The notes under the pieces: model-generated | Told to the model about the DNA's origin: nothing | Databases searched by the model: none | What the model saw: only the letters and a program-made list of their open reading frames with translations | DNA from: the human T2T-CHM13v2.0 reference genome, Homo sapiens | Direction: 5' to 3' (one strand) | Assembly: GCF_009914755.1 (NCBI RefSeq) | Contig: NC_060930.1 | DNA: 64,000 nucleotides | In this document: positions 1 through 15,401 of the stretch, piece after piece | How positions within the stretch are numbered: position 1 is the first letter of the stretch | How the letters are laid out: each line of letters opens with the position of its first letter | Program-made: the position numbers and the translations under genes

Positions 1-1712
1 AGGGAGAGAAACTGTGTAAAGGCTGGGAGGTTACAGTTACAGTGTATAAGTAGTTCTACGCTGGCCAGGGAATAGAATGGATGTAGTCCACGGTTTCTAG
101 TTTCCATGGCTGAATGGTGGTGTCACTCAATGCTGAGCCTCAGTTTCCTCAAGTAGGCACATTTACCATCATAACACCTGCCTTGCCAACCTCAACATGT
201 TATTTGATAATCAGAGAAGCTAAGAGACTCACAAAAGTATATTTTGGAAATAAAAGTGCTCATTATTTTTTCAAGACACTATTTGAAAAATATTCAAGAG
301 ATGTATCTCCCAGCTTCCTTGAGAATCTTAGACAAGTCACTGGACTCAGTTAGCTTGTCTGGAAAATGGGAATAACAACTCCATCTCACTAGGTTATTGT
401 GAGACATGAAAATACAAATACTGTTTGCCTTCTGCAAATCCCAAAGTCAGCAAAATGTATATTAATTAATTAAATGTATCTCCCAAGGAGCAAACTTGAA
501 GTTTCTGAGACATAATACAAGAGCCAGAAGTCTTTCTATTCCAATATATTAAAGCAGCATTTGTACTTCTGCCTCGCCCCCGGCCATTCCCGGCTGCATC
601 TGTGGCACATGCTTTCTTTAATCTCACACAGTTTTCCTTCAATGAAGTTGGAAGATCGAATCCAATGTTTTGCCATTCCTTGCTCCCTTTTTTTTCTTTA
701 GGTTGTTCTTTTCCTAACAGATTTTCTATACCCTATCATACCCCATGCCTTAGGAATTAAGAGTTGCCCCAAACAGTCCTTTGGGTAAAGCTCTGCACCC
801 AGCATGCTTTGGCCCTGCTCATTCACAGACGGCTGTGCCTGGATATGTTTGCTCCAGGGGTGGCTTAGGACCCATGAAGTTCTTGTTTCCCTTGGAGATT
901 AGAATTGCAAGGTTCACATGGGGTGCATTCAGCTCACACATACTTTCACACGTACTTTCGGTCTCTGTAAAAATTAAAATGCAGCAGGTATTGTTCCTGC
1001 AAATCTCTATGCAAAAACATTCTGCCCGCGCTGGCCAAGGAAATCAAGCCCATTATAGCTCCTTGTGCTCATCCTTCCTTCCAAGAAGAGAGGTCTCATA
1101 CATATTAGGCTGCTGTAAACAGCAAGAAGATTGTTTTTAAATACATTCTTTTTGGCTTTTAAGTCTCTTTGGCTTTTGAATATGAGTGAATTAATATGGT
1201 CTTTGACATCACAAGAGTAAAAACAAACCACTGAAAAATGAGTAGTGAAGATTTGAATAGAACTAAATATTCCAAATCTGATCAGAAAATGCTTGTCAAT
1301 CCCTCTGGTGTTTCTCCCCGTATCTAACATCTCCCAAACCATATATTCTTCCCAATAATACCAAAAAGAGAAAAAAGATATTTAACCTATAGAATCATAT
1401 AGAGTGTGAATCTTAAAACATTAATTTCTCTCAAAGTAAATCTAGTGCCTATGGGCACTAGCAGCAGAGCATAGCTGCTAACACCTTCGTCCAACAAATC
1501 GAGGTTTAAATCCTGGTCCTGCTCCTTGGTATCTAATGACCTTAATTAAAGTGTTGTAATATTTCTGAGGTATTGGGATTTGATTAGAGGCATCCACTGG
1601 CAATAATTTGAGCAATGCTTTGACTACATCATTCCAGGTACTGCTCAGCAACAATTCAGAGAATTCATCCTTAAGATTCTGTTCTTTTCGAAACACATCC
1701 AGTACCAAAATC

Positions 1713-2474
<762 letters not shown>

Positions 2475-2479
2475 AAAAG

Positions 2480-3700
2480 TCGTTTTTTAAAAATTCTGAT
2501 ACTTAGGTGTAAACCTAACAAACATCTGCATGACCTCTGCATTGAAAACTACAAAATATTAGGAAAGAAATGTTAAAAGACATAAATACATGAAGGGTTA
2601 TACCATGTTCACAAACTGGAAGGCTCAATATTGTAAAGCTAACAGTGCTTCCCAAATTTAACTGTAAATTAACGTAATCCCAATTTTATTCCTAGCAAAT
2701 TTTGAATCGATATTGGAATTAACAAAAAAAATTCTAAAATTTATATAAAAATGCAAAAGGCCAAAATTAACCAAAATAATCATGTCGTTTCTTGTTGAAG
2801 AAAGCTTATACTCTAGATATTAAGACTTATGGAGTGATAATTATTAAAACAGTATATATTGCCATAAAAGAAGAGACTGATAGATTCATGGAACAGAATG
2901 GAGTCTGGGAACTGAAACACACACATGAGGTTAACTGATTTATGATGAAGAGGCCACTCACTACAATGCAGTGGGGAAATCACAGAATTTTCTACAAATG
3001 GTTCTGGCTCAATTGGATAGCTATGGGGAAAAAAATCTTTATTCTTACCTCATATCATATACACACAGGAAAATCTGTCCAAGAGGGACTGTAGATCTGA
3101 ATGTGAAAGGTAAAACAATACAACTTTTAGAAGAAAACATGAGAGTATCTTCATGACTTTGGAGCAGGCAAAAATTTTACAAATAGGACACAAGAAGCGC
3201 TAGGTATATAAGTATAATTATATATTTTTTAAACATATATATTAAGATTTTCTGTTCATCAAAGGGCACCATTTAATCATTTCATGATGTATATGTATAT
3301 CAAAACATCACACCATACACCTTAAATATATATAATAAAAATAATAATTGTTTTAGCAGACTAAAAAAAAGGGCACCATTAAGAACCAATAGAGTGCATA
3401 AATAGGTCCATATGTAAATAATCAATTGATTTTGGCAAATACGCCAAGATAATTCAATGGGAAAAAGAAAATGGTACTGAAATAATTGAATCACCATATA
3501 ACAAAAAATGATCTTTGAATCCTACCTCACACCTTTAAAATACAAATGTTCAAGATATATCACATGTATCACATACCTCAATGTAAAAGCTAAAACTATG
3601 TGCAGGTAATGGTCTGGCTCTTGATCTGGATGCTAGTTGCAGGGTTATGTTTTCAAGCTATACACTACACTTTGTTGTATGTTTACTGTAATTCTATTAA
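2480..3700 (+). mobile_element. Old L1M ORF2/3' fragment
   Basis: L1 ORF2-like DNA (gaaaactacaaaatatt..., attctaaaatttatataaaaatgcaaaaggcc..., cttttagaagaaaacat). Confidence 0.7.
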
Positions 3701-3716
3701 AAGAAAACACTATGTA

Positions 3717-4036
3717 CAATCATGCACCACATAACAACATCTGGGTGGATGATGGAAGATTACAGTAAGATTGTAATCTTATAAAATAATACCGTATTTT
3801 AACTGTACTGTTCCTCTGTTTAGGTATGTTTAGATACACAGATACTCACCACTGTTACAACTGCCTATTCACTACAGTAATATGCTGTACAGGTTTGTAG
3901 CCTATACCATATAGCCTGGATGTGTAGTTGGCTATACTAAGTTTGTGTATATACACTCCATGATGTTTGCACAAAGAAAGTGCCTAATGACGCATTTCTC
4001 AGAATGTATGGCCATCATTAAGCGATGCATGACTCT
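3717..4036 (+). mobile_element. Tigger3a (MER7A)-like DNA transposon
   Basis: caatcatgcaccacataac...cattaagcgatgcatgact TIR-like ends plus internal match. Confidence 0.75.
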
Positions 4037-4335
4037 GTATGTATATATGTATGTGTATATGTATACAATCATATGTATATGTGTGCATGTGTGTATATGT
4101 GTGTACACACGTATACATACATATATGTATTTTACATTGAGGTATGTGATACATCTTGAACATTTGTATATGCATACACGCATATATGTAAAAGCTAAAA
4201 CTATGTGCAGGTAATGGCCTGGCTCTTGATCTGGATGTGTATATATGCGTGTATACATACTTACAAACATATATTTTATATATACACACACAAATATATA
4301 TACACATATAAGGGTGTGTATGTGTCCATGTGTAT
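4037..4335. repeat. Degenerate (TA/TG/CA)n low-complexity tract
   Basis: Alternating purine-pyrimidine run interrupted by duplicated blocks. Confidence 0.85.
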
Positions 4336-5099
4336 TTGCTTCAAGCCCCACCCAATGTTCCAATATTACCAACCGTCTCTCACACCCTAATTCCACAAGG
4401 CTAGAAGTACTCTCCCCTACCTTGAACTTTAATTGTATTTATTTGTAACTCCCTTACGCTGCATCTTTCTTTCTTTCCTATAGTAATGTTGCCAGGATAG
4501 ATTGTCTTTCCTCTACTAGACTGTAAATATATCCATCAAAGTTTTGGCCAGAGCAAGTGCTCAGTAATTTCATGAAGGAAAGAATAAAACCTTAGTTTAG
4601 TTTTAAAACAAGCCTGACTCCTCAGTTTTTCTTTTTAAGCAGCCATTATAACATCAAACTATTTCCTCTGATTAAATGAATTACGGATAAAGCCCAGTGT
4701 GAATTAATTTCAGGCATAAATTCTACAATTTTTTATACATAGTCCACCTTGTATATTTTAATAAAGCAATATGACTGGTAATTTTTAAGCAATTGATATC
4801 TATAGATTTTAATTTCTAAATTAAGATATATATTTCAACATAAAACAGTAGTCACTATTGGATAGAGAGAGAAAAGCATTAGAGTCTGGTGGTCAATACC
4901 TTTAGTAGGTATCTGAACTACCGTAGCACGTCACGTTAAACTGTTACTCAGTCCACTTTCCTCCCTAGACTTGGAGCCCCTCAAAGACAGGAACTACATC
5001 TTATTCTTTTTGCACGTCCAAGGTCAATTACAGATCTTTGCTCTGTGTGTACATATAGTACTCACAAATCATATATTTTATATATATATATATATATAG

Positions 5100-5406
<307 letters not shown>

Positions 5407-6859
5407 TGATAAGATAAATAATAGAATGAGTGACTTCAAATAAGGAGATCTTCATTTTAAGCCCTGCCTAGCTTTGAAGTCTTCCTGTATGCCTAACAAA
5501 GAAAGTATTTCTTTCCTTCCTTCCTCATTCTCTCCTTTTCTACCTACAATAGCAATAATAACAATAATACTGCCATGAAAATTATAATTTCTACATTGAG
5601 TCTTCTTACCAATGTACTTTTTCTTCTTATCACACATTATACTATTTCAAAGCAACAGTGACATCTGTTTTGGGAAAAGTTGAGTCTTAGGACTCTCCTG
5701 TGTCCTGGTATGTTTGAACATAAATACTTAAGATCAGCTAGGGTTAATAGGTCCCAGATAAGTGTCATGTCCATCATTTCACCCTGCCCTTTAAATCACT
5801 GGTCTCTCTAAATATTTTGGGGTTGCAAATATATTTTCTTTCAAATGTAACTCCCGTTGATTGAGATATCTTGGGTTCCTCTATTGAGATTCTGAAGTTA
5901 CCTTCAGTCTCAGCAAGACAGAATGCTACAATTAATTAGTAAGGGAAGATGAACGATTGGTATGCATGCTATATTCCTGCCATCCCTTTTCCGTGGCCCT
6001 AAATTATCTAATGCCAAAGTGAAAATTCAAATATCCATTCATTTATTCATTGTTTCCTCCATCCATTCAAGATACACATACTGAGCACTATGCTAGGCCC
6101 ATAATGGCCAATGTGATTACAGAACTAGCTAAGAACTCTAGAATAACACTTACTCATAGGTCATTTTGATAAAGATAATTTTCTTATTGTTTGTATAATC
6201 AATTTAATGGTATTGATTAGTAAGAGTTCATTGGCCAGGCCTGTGTTAAATAATACTATTGTCTTTTAAATATGCTATTCCATTTATCTTAAAAAGCATT
6301 CCTGTTAATTGCAGGGGCACAGATGTTTCTATACCCCTTTTACACATAAGAAACTGAGGCATAATAGAGCATGATGTAGCAAAACAGATCATTGGATTTG
6401 GGTTTCTCTAATCATAAAATGTTATGTTAAAAAAATGTCCTGGTAATCATTCTAGTTTCTCCACAATAATGTTCTGTTTTTGTGACCTCCCAAGAAATGC
6501 CCCTTTCATGAACTCATTCACTGCATGCCTAGACTTTGCTAAGTATGGAAAGGTCAGCACTCAAATGTTGGCAGGGAGTAAATTTAAGTAAAATTGAGAA
6601 AGTGGCACTATAATTGTAACTGCCTTTAGGAAATGCAGAGTTTAAATAGTTGTATTTTCTTCTTTCCTCCCTTTTGAGTGTGCTTTTTGATTCAGATGTC
6701 GGAAAGCCATAGAAATTTTTAAAAATAATAATGTATTATACAACTGCAACCTTTGCAGCTGATCACCTAAGGTATCTATTTTTTTTTTTTTTAAAAAAAA
6801 AGGTGTGTGAGTGTGCGTGAAAGAGAGCACACAACAGAGAAAGAGGAAGAGTTGAAACA

Positions 6860-6881
6860 GTGTGTGTGTGTGTGTGTGTGT
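6860..6881 (+). repeat. (GT)n microsatellite
   Basis: About 11 GT units. Confidence 0.9.
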
Positions 6882-8049
6882 AATATGAAGCAAAAGGAGG
6901 AAGAAAGCTTACACAGAAATCCCGCAGGAACAGAGCCCAGGGTGCTATTCTCTTTTCTTTGCATAAGAACCACAGGGCACTACGAATGACCAGAGAGTAA
7001 AAGTCTTTGATTCTCTGCAACCCTAGGTCATGCCGTGTAGATAGAATAAACCCTAAGATTTGGGTAATTTATTTTAAAAACCTGGTACTTTGTACCAGCT
7101 TGAGAGCTGGTTACCCCTCCTTGAAACCAAACTTTCATTTTCTAATTTTATTTTCCAGGCAACTTCCCATGAAAAAAAATTAGGAGAAAGTGTATTTCCT
7201 GGCGCTGTGTCAAGCTCTCAGGAATGAATATTTGGATAGATAAGGCAAGTACATCACTAAGATCAAATGACGTCTCTGCTCTAATCTAAATTCAACCAAT
7301 TTTAAATTTCAGGGTTCCAAGTTGTTTTTAGGTCCTATCTTTAGAGTCACTCCTTTCAATGATATATCATTTCCTCCAGGTTGAGATTTTTAAAATATTG
7401 CTCAATTATTTCCTAGTAAAACACTATTGCCTAGGTGTTTCTTAAGGAATTTCCTGACTCTTGGAAATTATTGGTCTACCAAACATTTGTGAATGTAATT
7501 AATTCATTTTCTTGATTTCATCGGTGTGATATCACATGTACAAATTATAATATACAGATCTGCTTTCTGGCAGGGAGCACCATGTGTTTAGCACAGCAAT
7601 CTATCATACCACACACACATTATTCATTAAAACTAAGGGACATCATGTGCATAAAACCCACTCATTAATTGGAAAATTAAACTCCCTTGTGTATAAATAA
7701 ATCACACCCTCAGCTATATAAAGGCACTTATTTTTATCTTTAAATTTGTATTTTAGTGATTGTTTAAGAAATGCAATCGGATTGGTCTATAATATCTTTT
7801 ACCGTAGCAAAGATTTGGCTGTGGTGAAAACAAACTCCACATCATCCAAAAGTCTGTCTTTCTTTTGGTTACTAACATTCCAAGTGTAGCCAAAAGACAC
7901 ACGGTTGAAGTTTAGAAACATTCTGCAGGCTGATAAAAATGCAAGTAGGTCCTCTAAGTAGGAAAAACTTTTGGCCGAGTTTCAGGGAAAAAGGCTTCTT
8001 AAACTCAAAATACCACCTTTACCTGTTTCTTTACCTGAAATGCCCAGTG

Positions 8050-8440
8050 AACCATCACCAGTCCCTCTGTTGTGATTTCTCAGCTGTAAAGTGAGATACT
8101 AATAAGACCTATCTCGTTAGGCTGTTGGGAAGACTTAATGAAATGACAGACACGAAAGGCTTCCCATAGGATCTGGTAGACAGAGGCTACAAAAGAAGGA
8201 TGAGATGATCCACCACTTTAATCACGGTAACTCATGACAACACGGTCCTACTATGTGTCAGTCACTCTACAGAATGCTTGTCTTACCTTATCTCAAATTA
8301 ATCCTCACAATTCTGACAGAGAGTTATGATTATTCCCAACGTACACATGAAAGACGGTTACAGTTCATAGGAATCGGGCTCAGGGAGGTCAACCAGCTCT
8401 CTCAAGGTCACACAGATTCTTATGCAAGGATTCTGTGTGA
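8050..8440. mobile_element. Two MIR fragments in opposite orientation
   Basis: ctgtaaagtgagatactaataagacctatctc...; ttaatcctcacaattctg...ctcaaggtcacacag. Confidence 0.55.
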
Positions 8441-9977
8441 TTATGGTCTTGCTCTTTCCCTGATCAGAATAAGCTGAAGTATACATGCAGAAATAGGAGA
8501 TTTTTTGTCCTAGAAAAATATCCAACGTCCCATAAATTACCATGATGTCCTTTTTTGTAGCTTCTCAGGGAATCCTTGAAGATAGCAGTTTTAGAAAACT
8601 GAAAAATATTTTTGAATAATATAGCTAAGTATAGAGATAGATTCAATGACAGAAACTAGAATATTAAGCATCTTCAGCATCAAATAAATGAGTGCTGAGC
8701 AACTGTGGAACCTTGCAAGCTCTCTCAGCTCACACTTGCCTTGCTTCACATATGGGGGGGAAGAGAAATCCAGTTACATTCTTCTATTTGTTTGTCAACA
8801 TTTCCTAATACAACTGCCAAAATGTCAACCTAGACTTTTTAGAAAAAGAAAGAAAAGGATTGGGTTAAAATAAGTAACTACAAAAGAACGAGGATGATTT
8901 TATCCACATTTATACAGCTATTTTAAAAATGTTTAATCATAATATGATTAGTGTTTGGAAAGATTTGTCTAGTTTAAAAATAGTTTTAAAGTTGTGAAAA
9001 AAATGTTTTAAATAAATAAGAGGCTCTGAGAACCATCTAGCATTTACAACATTGTTAAGAACTGATTGAAGTGTCATTTAAGTAATGCTTCTGAAATTTC
9101 CTGCACAAACTAGTGCCTTTATATGTGGACATAAACAGTTTCTCCATTGCAAACAACACGTCTTTGCTTTAAACAAAGATGAATCCTTCAAACGGAGATT
9201 AGTATCAGTGTTTCTTCAACACATAGTAAAAATTCATTATGACTTTCTCTATTAATGTATCCTTGCATAATTTATTTTACATTTGGACACAAGAAAATGC
9301 TGTAAAAATTTATTTGGAAAAAAATGCAGTTTATTGTAGTCTGAAAAAATTTTCCATATATGCACTGCAGCTCTTCCTAGATACATCAATTAACGGAAGA
9401 CTTTTAAAAACAGTTTTAACTAAAAAAAATAAAGAACATTAATAATATTTTGGGTTTTTTTCTTCCTCAAACTCAATACAGCCATATTCTTTGATTGGTA
9501 CATTTTTGTATTTGTTACCACTCGGTATACCTAGGAATCTAAAATGCTGGCATTCTGAAACATAACCATTAGGATAGTTGTTACATATTTAATTTCATGC
9601 TCCACTCAGCATAAAGCAGTTGTGGGACTACAGACCAAAGCAAATTAAGTGGCTTCTTAGATAATTTCCTGCTTAATTGAAAGCAGGTAGCTTTTTAAAA
9701 GTAATAGTTGGTTTTGTTTCAAATGATTGTAAAGTTATTTTTTTTGAATACATGGTTATAGAATAACTTTCTACTTAATCCAAACACAATGAGTTGGGAG
9801 TCTCCCACTGAGTCTAAGGGACAAGAAAGTGACCTAGTTCTGGTAGCAAATAAATGGGGGTAGGAGTGGATGTGGGACATGGGGCAAGGCAGGGGAAGAA
9901 TGGCATGGTGTTTAGGTTGGAACACACACAGACATGCACATGCATATGTATGTACAGTTACACCAGTTACACAAGTT

Positions 9978-10313
9978 CAGGTTGAATATCCCTTATCTGA
10001 AATACTTGGGACTAGAGGTTTTTCAAATTTTTTTGGATTTTGGAATATTTGCATATACATAATGAGATTATCTTGTGATGCTCCCCAAGCCTAAGCACTA
10101 AATTCATTTATGCTTCACATATACCTTATACACATAGCCTAAAGGTAATTTTATATAATATTTTAAATAATTTTGTGCATGAAACAGAGTTTTGACAGCA
10201 ACTCACTACATGAGGTCAGGTGTGGAATGTTCCACTTGTGGTGTCATGTCAGAGCGCAAAAAATTTCAAATTTTGGAGCATTTCAGATTTTTGATTTTTG
10301 AATTATGGATGCT
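9978..10313 (-). mobile_element. Tigger4b (Zombi/MER46)-like DNA transposon
   Basis: caggttgaatatcccttatctgaaatacttggg...catgaggtcaggtgtggaatgttccacttgtggtgtcatgtcag. Confidence 0.75.
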
Positions 10314-10700
10314 GTGTGTGTGTGTGTGTGCACACGTGTACACATATATATTTATCATTAACATATACAATAGATTGGGTTTCATTTCTGTCTGCTCTAC
10401 TCTTACCATTGGTCTAATGTTAACAAGTGGTCTATTATGAGATTGATTGCCCTGGTTCATACCTTCCAGACAGGTTTTCCTTATTACAGTGTAAAAACAA
10501 ACTATCTGATATGATGGTCTATCATCACATAGAAATAAGAGTATCAGCTGTGATGCTCTATCTTGCTTTTGGAGATACAGTCCAAGGAGCATGAATGTGA
10601 GCACACTAATAAAGAGACATGAAAAGAATTCGGTTAACATAAATGCCTATATATTGGGGGGACAATAGAATTCTCTTTTGTCAGGAGTCAGTATTCAGAG

Positions 10701-11001
<301 letters not shown>

Positions 11002-11606
11002 TCAGAGTTTTTCAAATAAATTAGAAAAAGCTTTTAAGTCACAAAAAAAGAGAGAATGTTTTCTTGTTGCATACATTGAACAGAATAAGAGAGACAGAGA
11101 CAGACAAATGAAAAGGTATTCTTCAGAACCAAAAATTTTAAAAAACTGCAAGAAAAAAACATATACTGAATTTTTACATTCATCAATTGCCATGGTGATT
11201 CATGCAACTGATAACAGTGAGCATCAGCACCCTAGAGCTATGGAGTAAGTGCTAAGAGATGCGCTTTTGGTATTTAATGAAATTCTAACTTGCCTGCAGT
11301 TTTTTTTGTTTTGTTTTGTTTTTGTCGCTGCTACTTTGGATCACTGCTGTCAACCAGGCTGCACTTGGAACCACTAGCTATGCAGTTACAGTGCAATGTA
11401 TTAACAAATCCATTTTTATTTTTCAATACTTAGAACCACCCTGTAGTACTAAATGCTTGTTTTCCCATTTTTGTGGCATTCCCAAGAATATTTTTAACAG
11501 TCATTTTTAAAATGTCAAAGGAAGGAAAGAAGAAAGGAAGAGAAGGAGAAGGGAGGGAGGACAGAAGAAGGCAGGGCTTCCAGCAGAGGAGCCATGAGTG
11601 AGTCTT

Positions 11607-11979
11607 GTAGTCATGCTGGAAATAAATGTTCACCAGCTATTTCAGTGTTCCACCCTCATAACAGACTTCGTTTCCCTACCTACTTGAAGTTGGGCATGGT
11701 AATGCATGTGTTTTGGTCCTTGGAAAATCTCAATTGACGTTTATCAATTCCACCAGGCAGAAGCCTTTCTGGATGTATCTTGCTTCCCCGCCCCCCCTTC
11801 CTTGTGCCACAGCCACCAACTCTCTTAAGACAGTAGAGGTCCATCGGCCTCACTCAAACCTGGAAGGAGAAAACATTTAGCCAACCCATCATGGATATGT
11901 AGCAGGAGCAAGACATAGATCTTTGTTTCTATGAGCAACTAAGATTTCACTGCAACATAACCTAACCCTAATTAATATA
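11607..11979 (+). mobile_element. MLT1 (MaLR) LTR, old subfamily
   Basis: cttgaagttgggcatggt..., gccaacccatcatggatatgtagc..., gcaacataacctaaccctaattaata. Confidence 0.55.
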
Positions 11980-12329
11980 GCAGGTGATGGGAGAGAAATA
12001 GGAATTCAACTTGTAGCAGCAATTGTCATAAAATTGAAAAGAGAAAACAAGGTGAAAAGAAAAAGATGGCATAAGAGAATATGAAGTTCTAGAATGAAGA
12101 TGAAACTGAAAATTCAAATACTGGCAATAACTGGTCAAGAAACAAAGAACAATGCTAACAGAATTCTATCAGTTACCCCATAAAGCATAGAGAAAACAGT
12201 CCTGGGGAATATTAGTTTTGAGACTCAGGAGAATATTTTATGTCTCCTTTGACCTATTTTAGCATTCTTCCAACATGACTTCCCTTAATGCTCAATAGAA
12301 TTTTTCAGAAATTCCTGAAGGAAAAATGA

Positions 12330-12720
12330 GCATAAGTTGGTTGTCGCTTGAGTGTGTTCTATGAAAGACAGGAAGATGGTTGCGTTTCTCACTTTAGGAT
12401 CTGAATCAATGGTGGTACTGTTCAATGAGATGGAGAACACAGAAGGGAGATGAATTAGGATATGCTGAGATTGAAAAGCCTGTGTGACATCCAAATGGAG
12501 ACATCCAGTGGTAACTGCAGATTCAATAAATGAGTTCGAATCTGTTAGCTTTTTCTTAAGACCAGCATTATGGAATTGGATAAGATTATCCAAGGTCAGT
12601 ATATATGAGAAAAAGAGGGCAGAACCTCAAATTACAACAACATTTAAGGAATACGTAAGAAAAAAAAACCCTCAAAAGAAAATTAGAAAGTACAGTCAGA
12701 GAAATAGGAAGAACTTTACC
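12330..12720 (-). mobile_element. L2 fragment
   Basis: ggtggtactgttcaatgagatggagaac...gcctgtgtgacatccaaatggagacatccag. Confidence 0.55.
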
Positions 12721-15123
12721 TACTAAAATTTCCAGGCCCTAACCTTAACCTCAAACTTTTCTCCCAGTCTTTCACTTCCTGCTCATGGTTTTACTTCCGT
12801 GTCTATTCTACTACCATAACCAATCACTTTTACCTATCATTTTGTATTCTCAATAGTCTTTCTTCTTGACTTACACCACTACCCTATCATACCTGGATCA
12901 TTTTTAAAAATTCACATTTCTATTCTTACAAGGATATCTTCCTTACAACTATTTTTCTAGCTATTCCTGAGCCTAAAGAGTTAAGAGGCTTCCAGAGTAA
13001 CTCCTCTGACTCAAATACTCAGCCCAATTGTTTGGCTTCCTTAATCACTATTCAGGTAATATATAGAGCATGACCACAGGAAGAAAGAACTAATATTTGA
13101 ACATATATTATGTGTTAGTCATGCACTGTGGTGGGTCTTTTATATATAACATATTTACTCTTAACAATATCATGAATTTTTATTGACCTTAAGAAAGTTA
13201 AGAATTTTGACCAAGATCTCATTGCAATACAGATATTCTGCCTCCAAAAGCCTTGTCCACACCACCAGGCTCAGCTGCCTTCCAAATAATAATGCATTGC
13301 TCCTCTCTTCAAAATATTTTCACTGTTTGGGCAAGAGAAAGTCCACATATGCTAAAATTATTTTAAAGCTGTTTCAAATCCAACAGAAGTAGAAACTGAT
13401 ACCCCTTCACAATGAAGGGGAGAGACTATAATCTTTGTGTTAAACAGGCATAGCTAGGTTGTTTTTAACCCGGGCTGTACTTTTTAGAATCATCTACTTT
13501 TGAAAGCAATGGGTCTTCAATTTTCAGAAAGATGGAGCAGTGTTCCATCTATTTCAGACATAAGAAGGTTGAAGACAAGGTGAACAGAGGGCGGCAAATC
13601 AGCTAGGGAACTTGGGACCCGATGAACAACAGGTGGTGAGTGCTCTGAGTTAATTTTTTGCCTCAAATATCCCAGATTAGGTGCTGGAGAAGACAGAAAC
13701 CCAGAAATACCAACAAGTATCAACCCAAAAAGCCTCAACAGAAACCTGCCCTCTCTAGAAAAAGGATAAGCAAAATGGCTACCTAGCCAGACAGAAGATG
13801 CTTGGACAGTAACAGCCAAACACCACAGAGAAAACTGTGGCCTCACCTCCACCCCCACCAGCAAAAACTGAGTGGGAGGCTCCATTTCCACCTTTGCCAG
13901 ATACCCCAAAACTCCTATCCAAGTGGTGTCATAGAGGAAAAGCAGAGAGCTAGGAACTTCATCTCCACCAGGCAATAAGGAGTCTTCACCACCACCACCA
14001 CACTGATGGTGCTCATGGAGACCACATGGAGAGTATGGACTTCCATCCCATCCTGCAGTAATAAAATGCTCCTCCCCACCTCACTGGAGTGGCATCAGAA
14101 GAAGTTAGTGGAGAGGTAGAACTTTCACTCCTGCCCAGCAGAAACCAGACCACCCCAACTCAACTCAACAATGTCAGTAGAGGCCAAGCAGTAATGAGTC
14201 TTCATGCCCCTCCCAGCCAGGATGATATCAACAGAGGTTTAATGGAGAACTAGAACTTCCACCCTTGCCCAGGAGTTACGAGGAGTCCCTCACACCCAGT
14301 TATTAACATTGGCATGGATTTCTATTTCCGCTTGGCAGCAATAAAGCAGCACCACCATAAAAATGTTTTAATGAGTAATTATGAACATGCCCAAAACAAA
14401 TGGAAAAAAAATTAAAAGTCTCAGCAAGGAAAACAAAGATATAAATAAGAACCAAAAGGAAATTGTGTTAGTGGAAAGACAGCAGAATTAAAAACTCAAT
14501 GGATGACCTAAACAGCAGAATGAAGGGAACAAAAAAAGGAATCAGTAAACTTGAAGACAACAATAAAAATTACCCAATCTGAAAGCAGAGAGAAAACTGA
14601 TATTTTAAAAAATGAGCAGGGCCTTTGGGACCAGTAGGATTATAACAAAACATCTAATATAACTTTAAAGACTAGGAAGGAGAGAAGAAAAAGGGTGTGG
14701 CTGAAAAGTATTTGAAAAAATAACAACTGAAAACTCCCCAAATTTAGCCAAAGCATAAACTAACAGATTCATAAAACTATCAATGAATGCCAAGAAGGAT
14801 AAACGCAAAGAAATCACTACTGAAGCACATTATAGTCAAACTTCTGAAAATAAAGACGGAAAAAGTCTTGAAAGTGGCAACAGCAAATAATACCTTATTT
14901 ATAGGGGAAAAAAATTTAAATGACAGATTTCTCAACAAGAAACATGGGGGCCATAAGGAAGTGGCATAACATTTTTCAAGTACTAAAAGAATTGTCATCT
15001 CAAAATTCTATATCCAGCAAAAATATCCTTCAATAATGAAGGAAAAATCAAGACATTTTCAGTTGAAGGACAACTAAGATAGTTTGTCACCAACAGACCT
15101 ATTTAAAAGAATAACTAAAGACG

Positions 15124-15401
15124 ATGGGCATGGTGGAACACACCTGTAATCCCAGTACTTCTGGAGGCTGAGGTGGAAAGATCGCTTGAAGCCAGAAGTT
15201 CAAGACCAGCCTGGGCAACAAAGCAAGACCCCATCTGTACAAAAAATTTAAAAAGCTGGCTAGGGTGGTGGTGCTACGTTGGAGGGTGAAGAGAGGATTG
15301 CTTGAGTGCAAGAGTGTGAAGCTGTAGTGAGCTATGATTGCAGGACTGAACTCCAGCCTGGCTGAGAGAGAAAGATCTTGTCAAAAAAAAAAAAAAAAAA
15401 A
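15124..15401 (+). mobile_element. AluJ
   Basis: Diverged Alu with poly(A). Confidence 0.85.

Noticed and set aside
3932-4448. Tyr/Ile/His/Cys-rich ORFs
   Set aside because: Translations of the TA/TG microsatellite.
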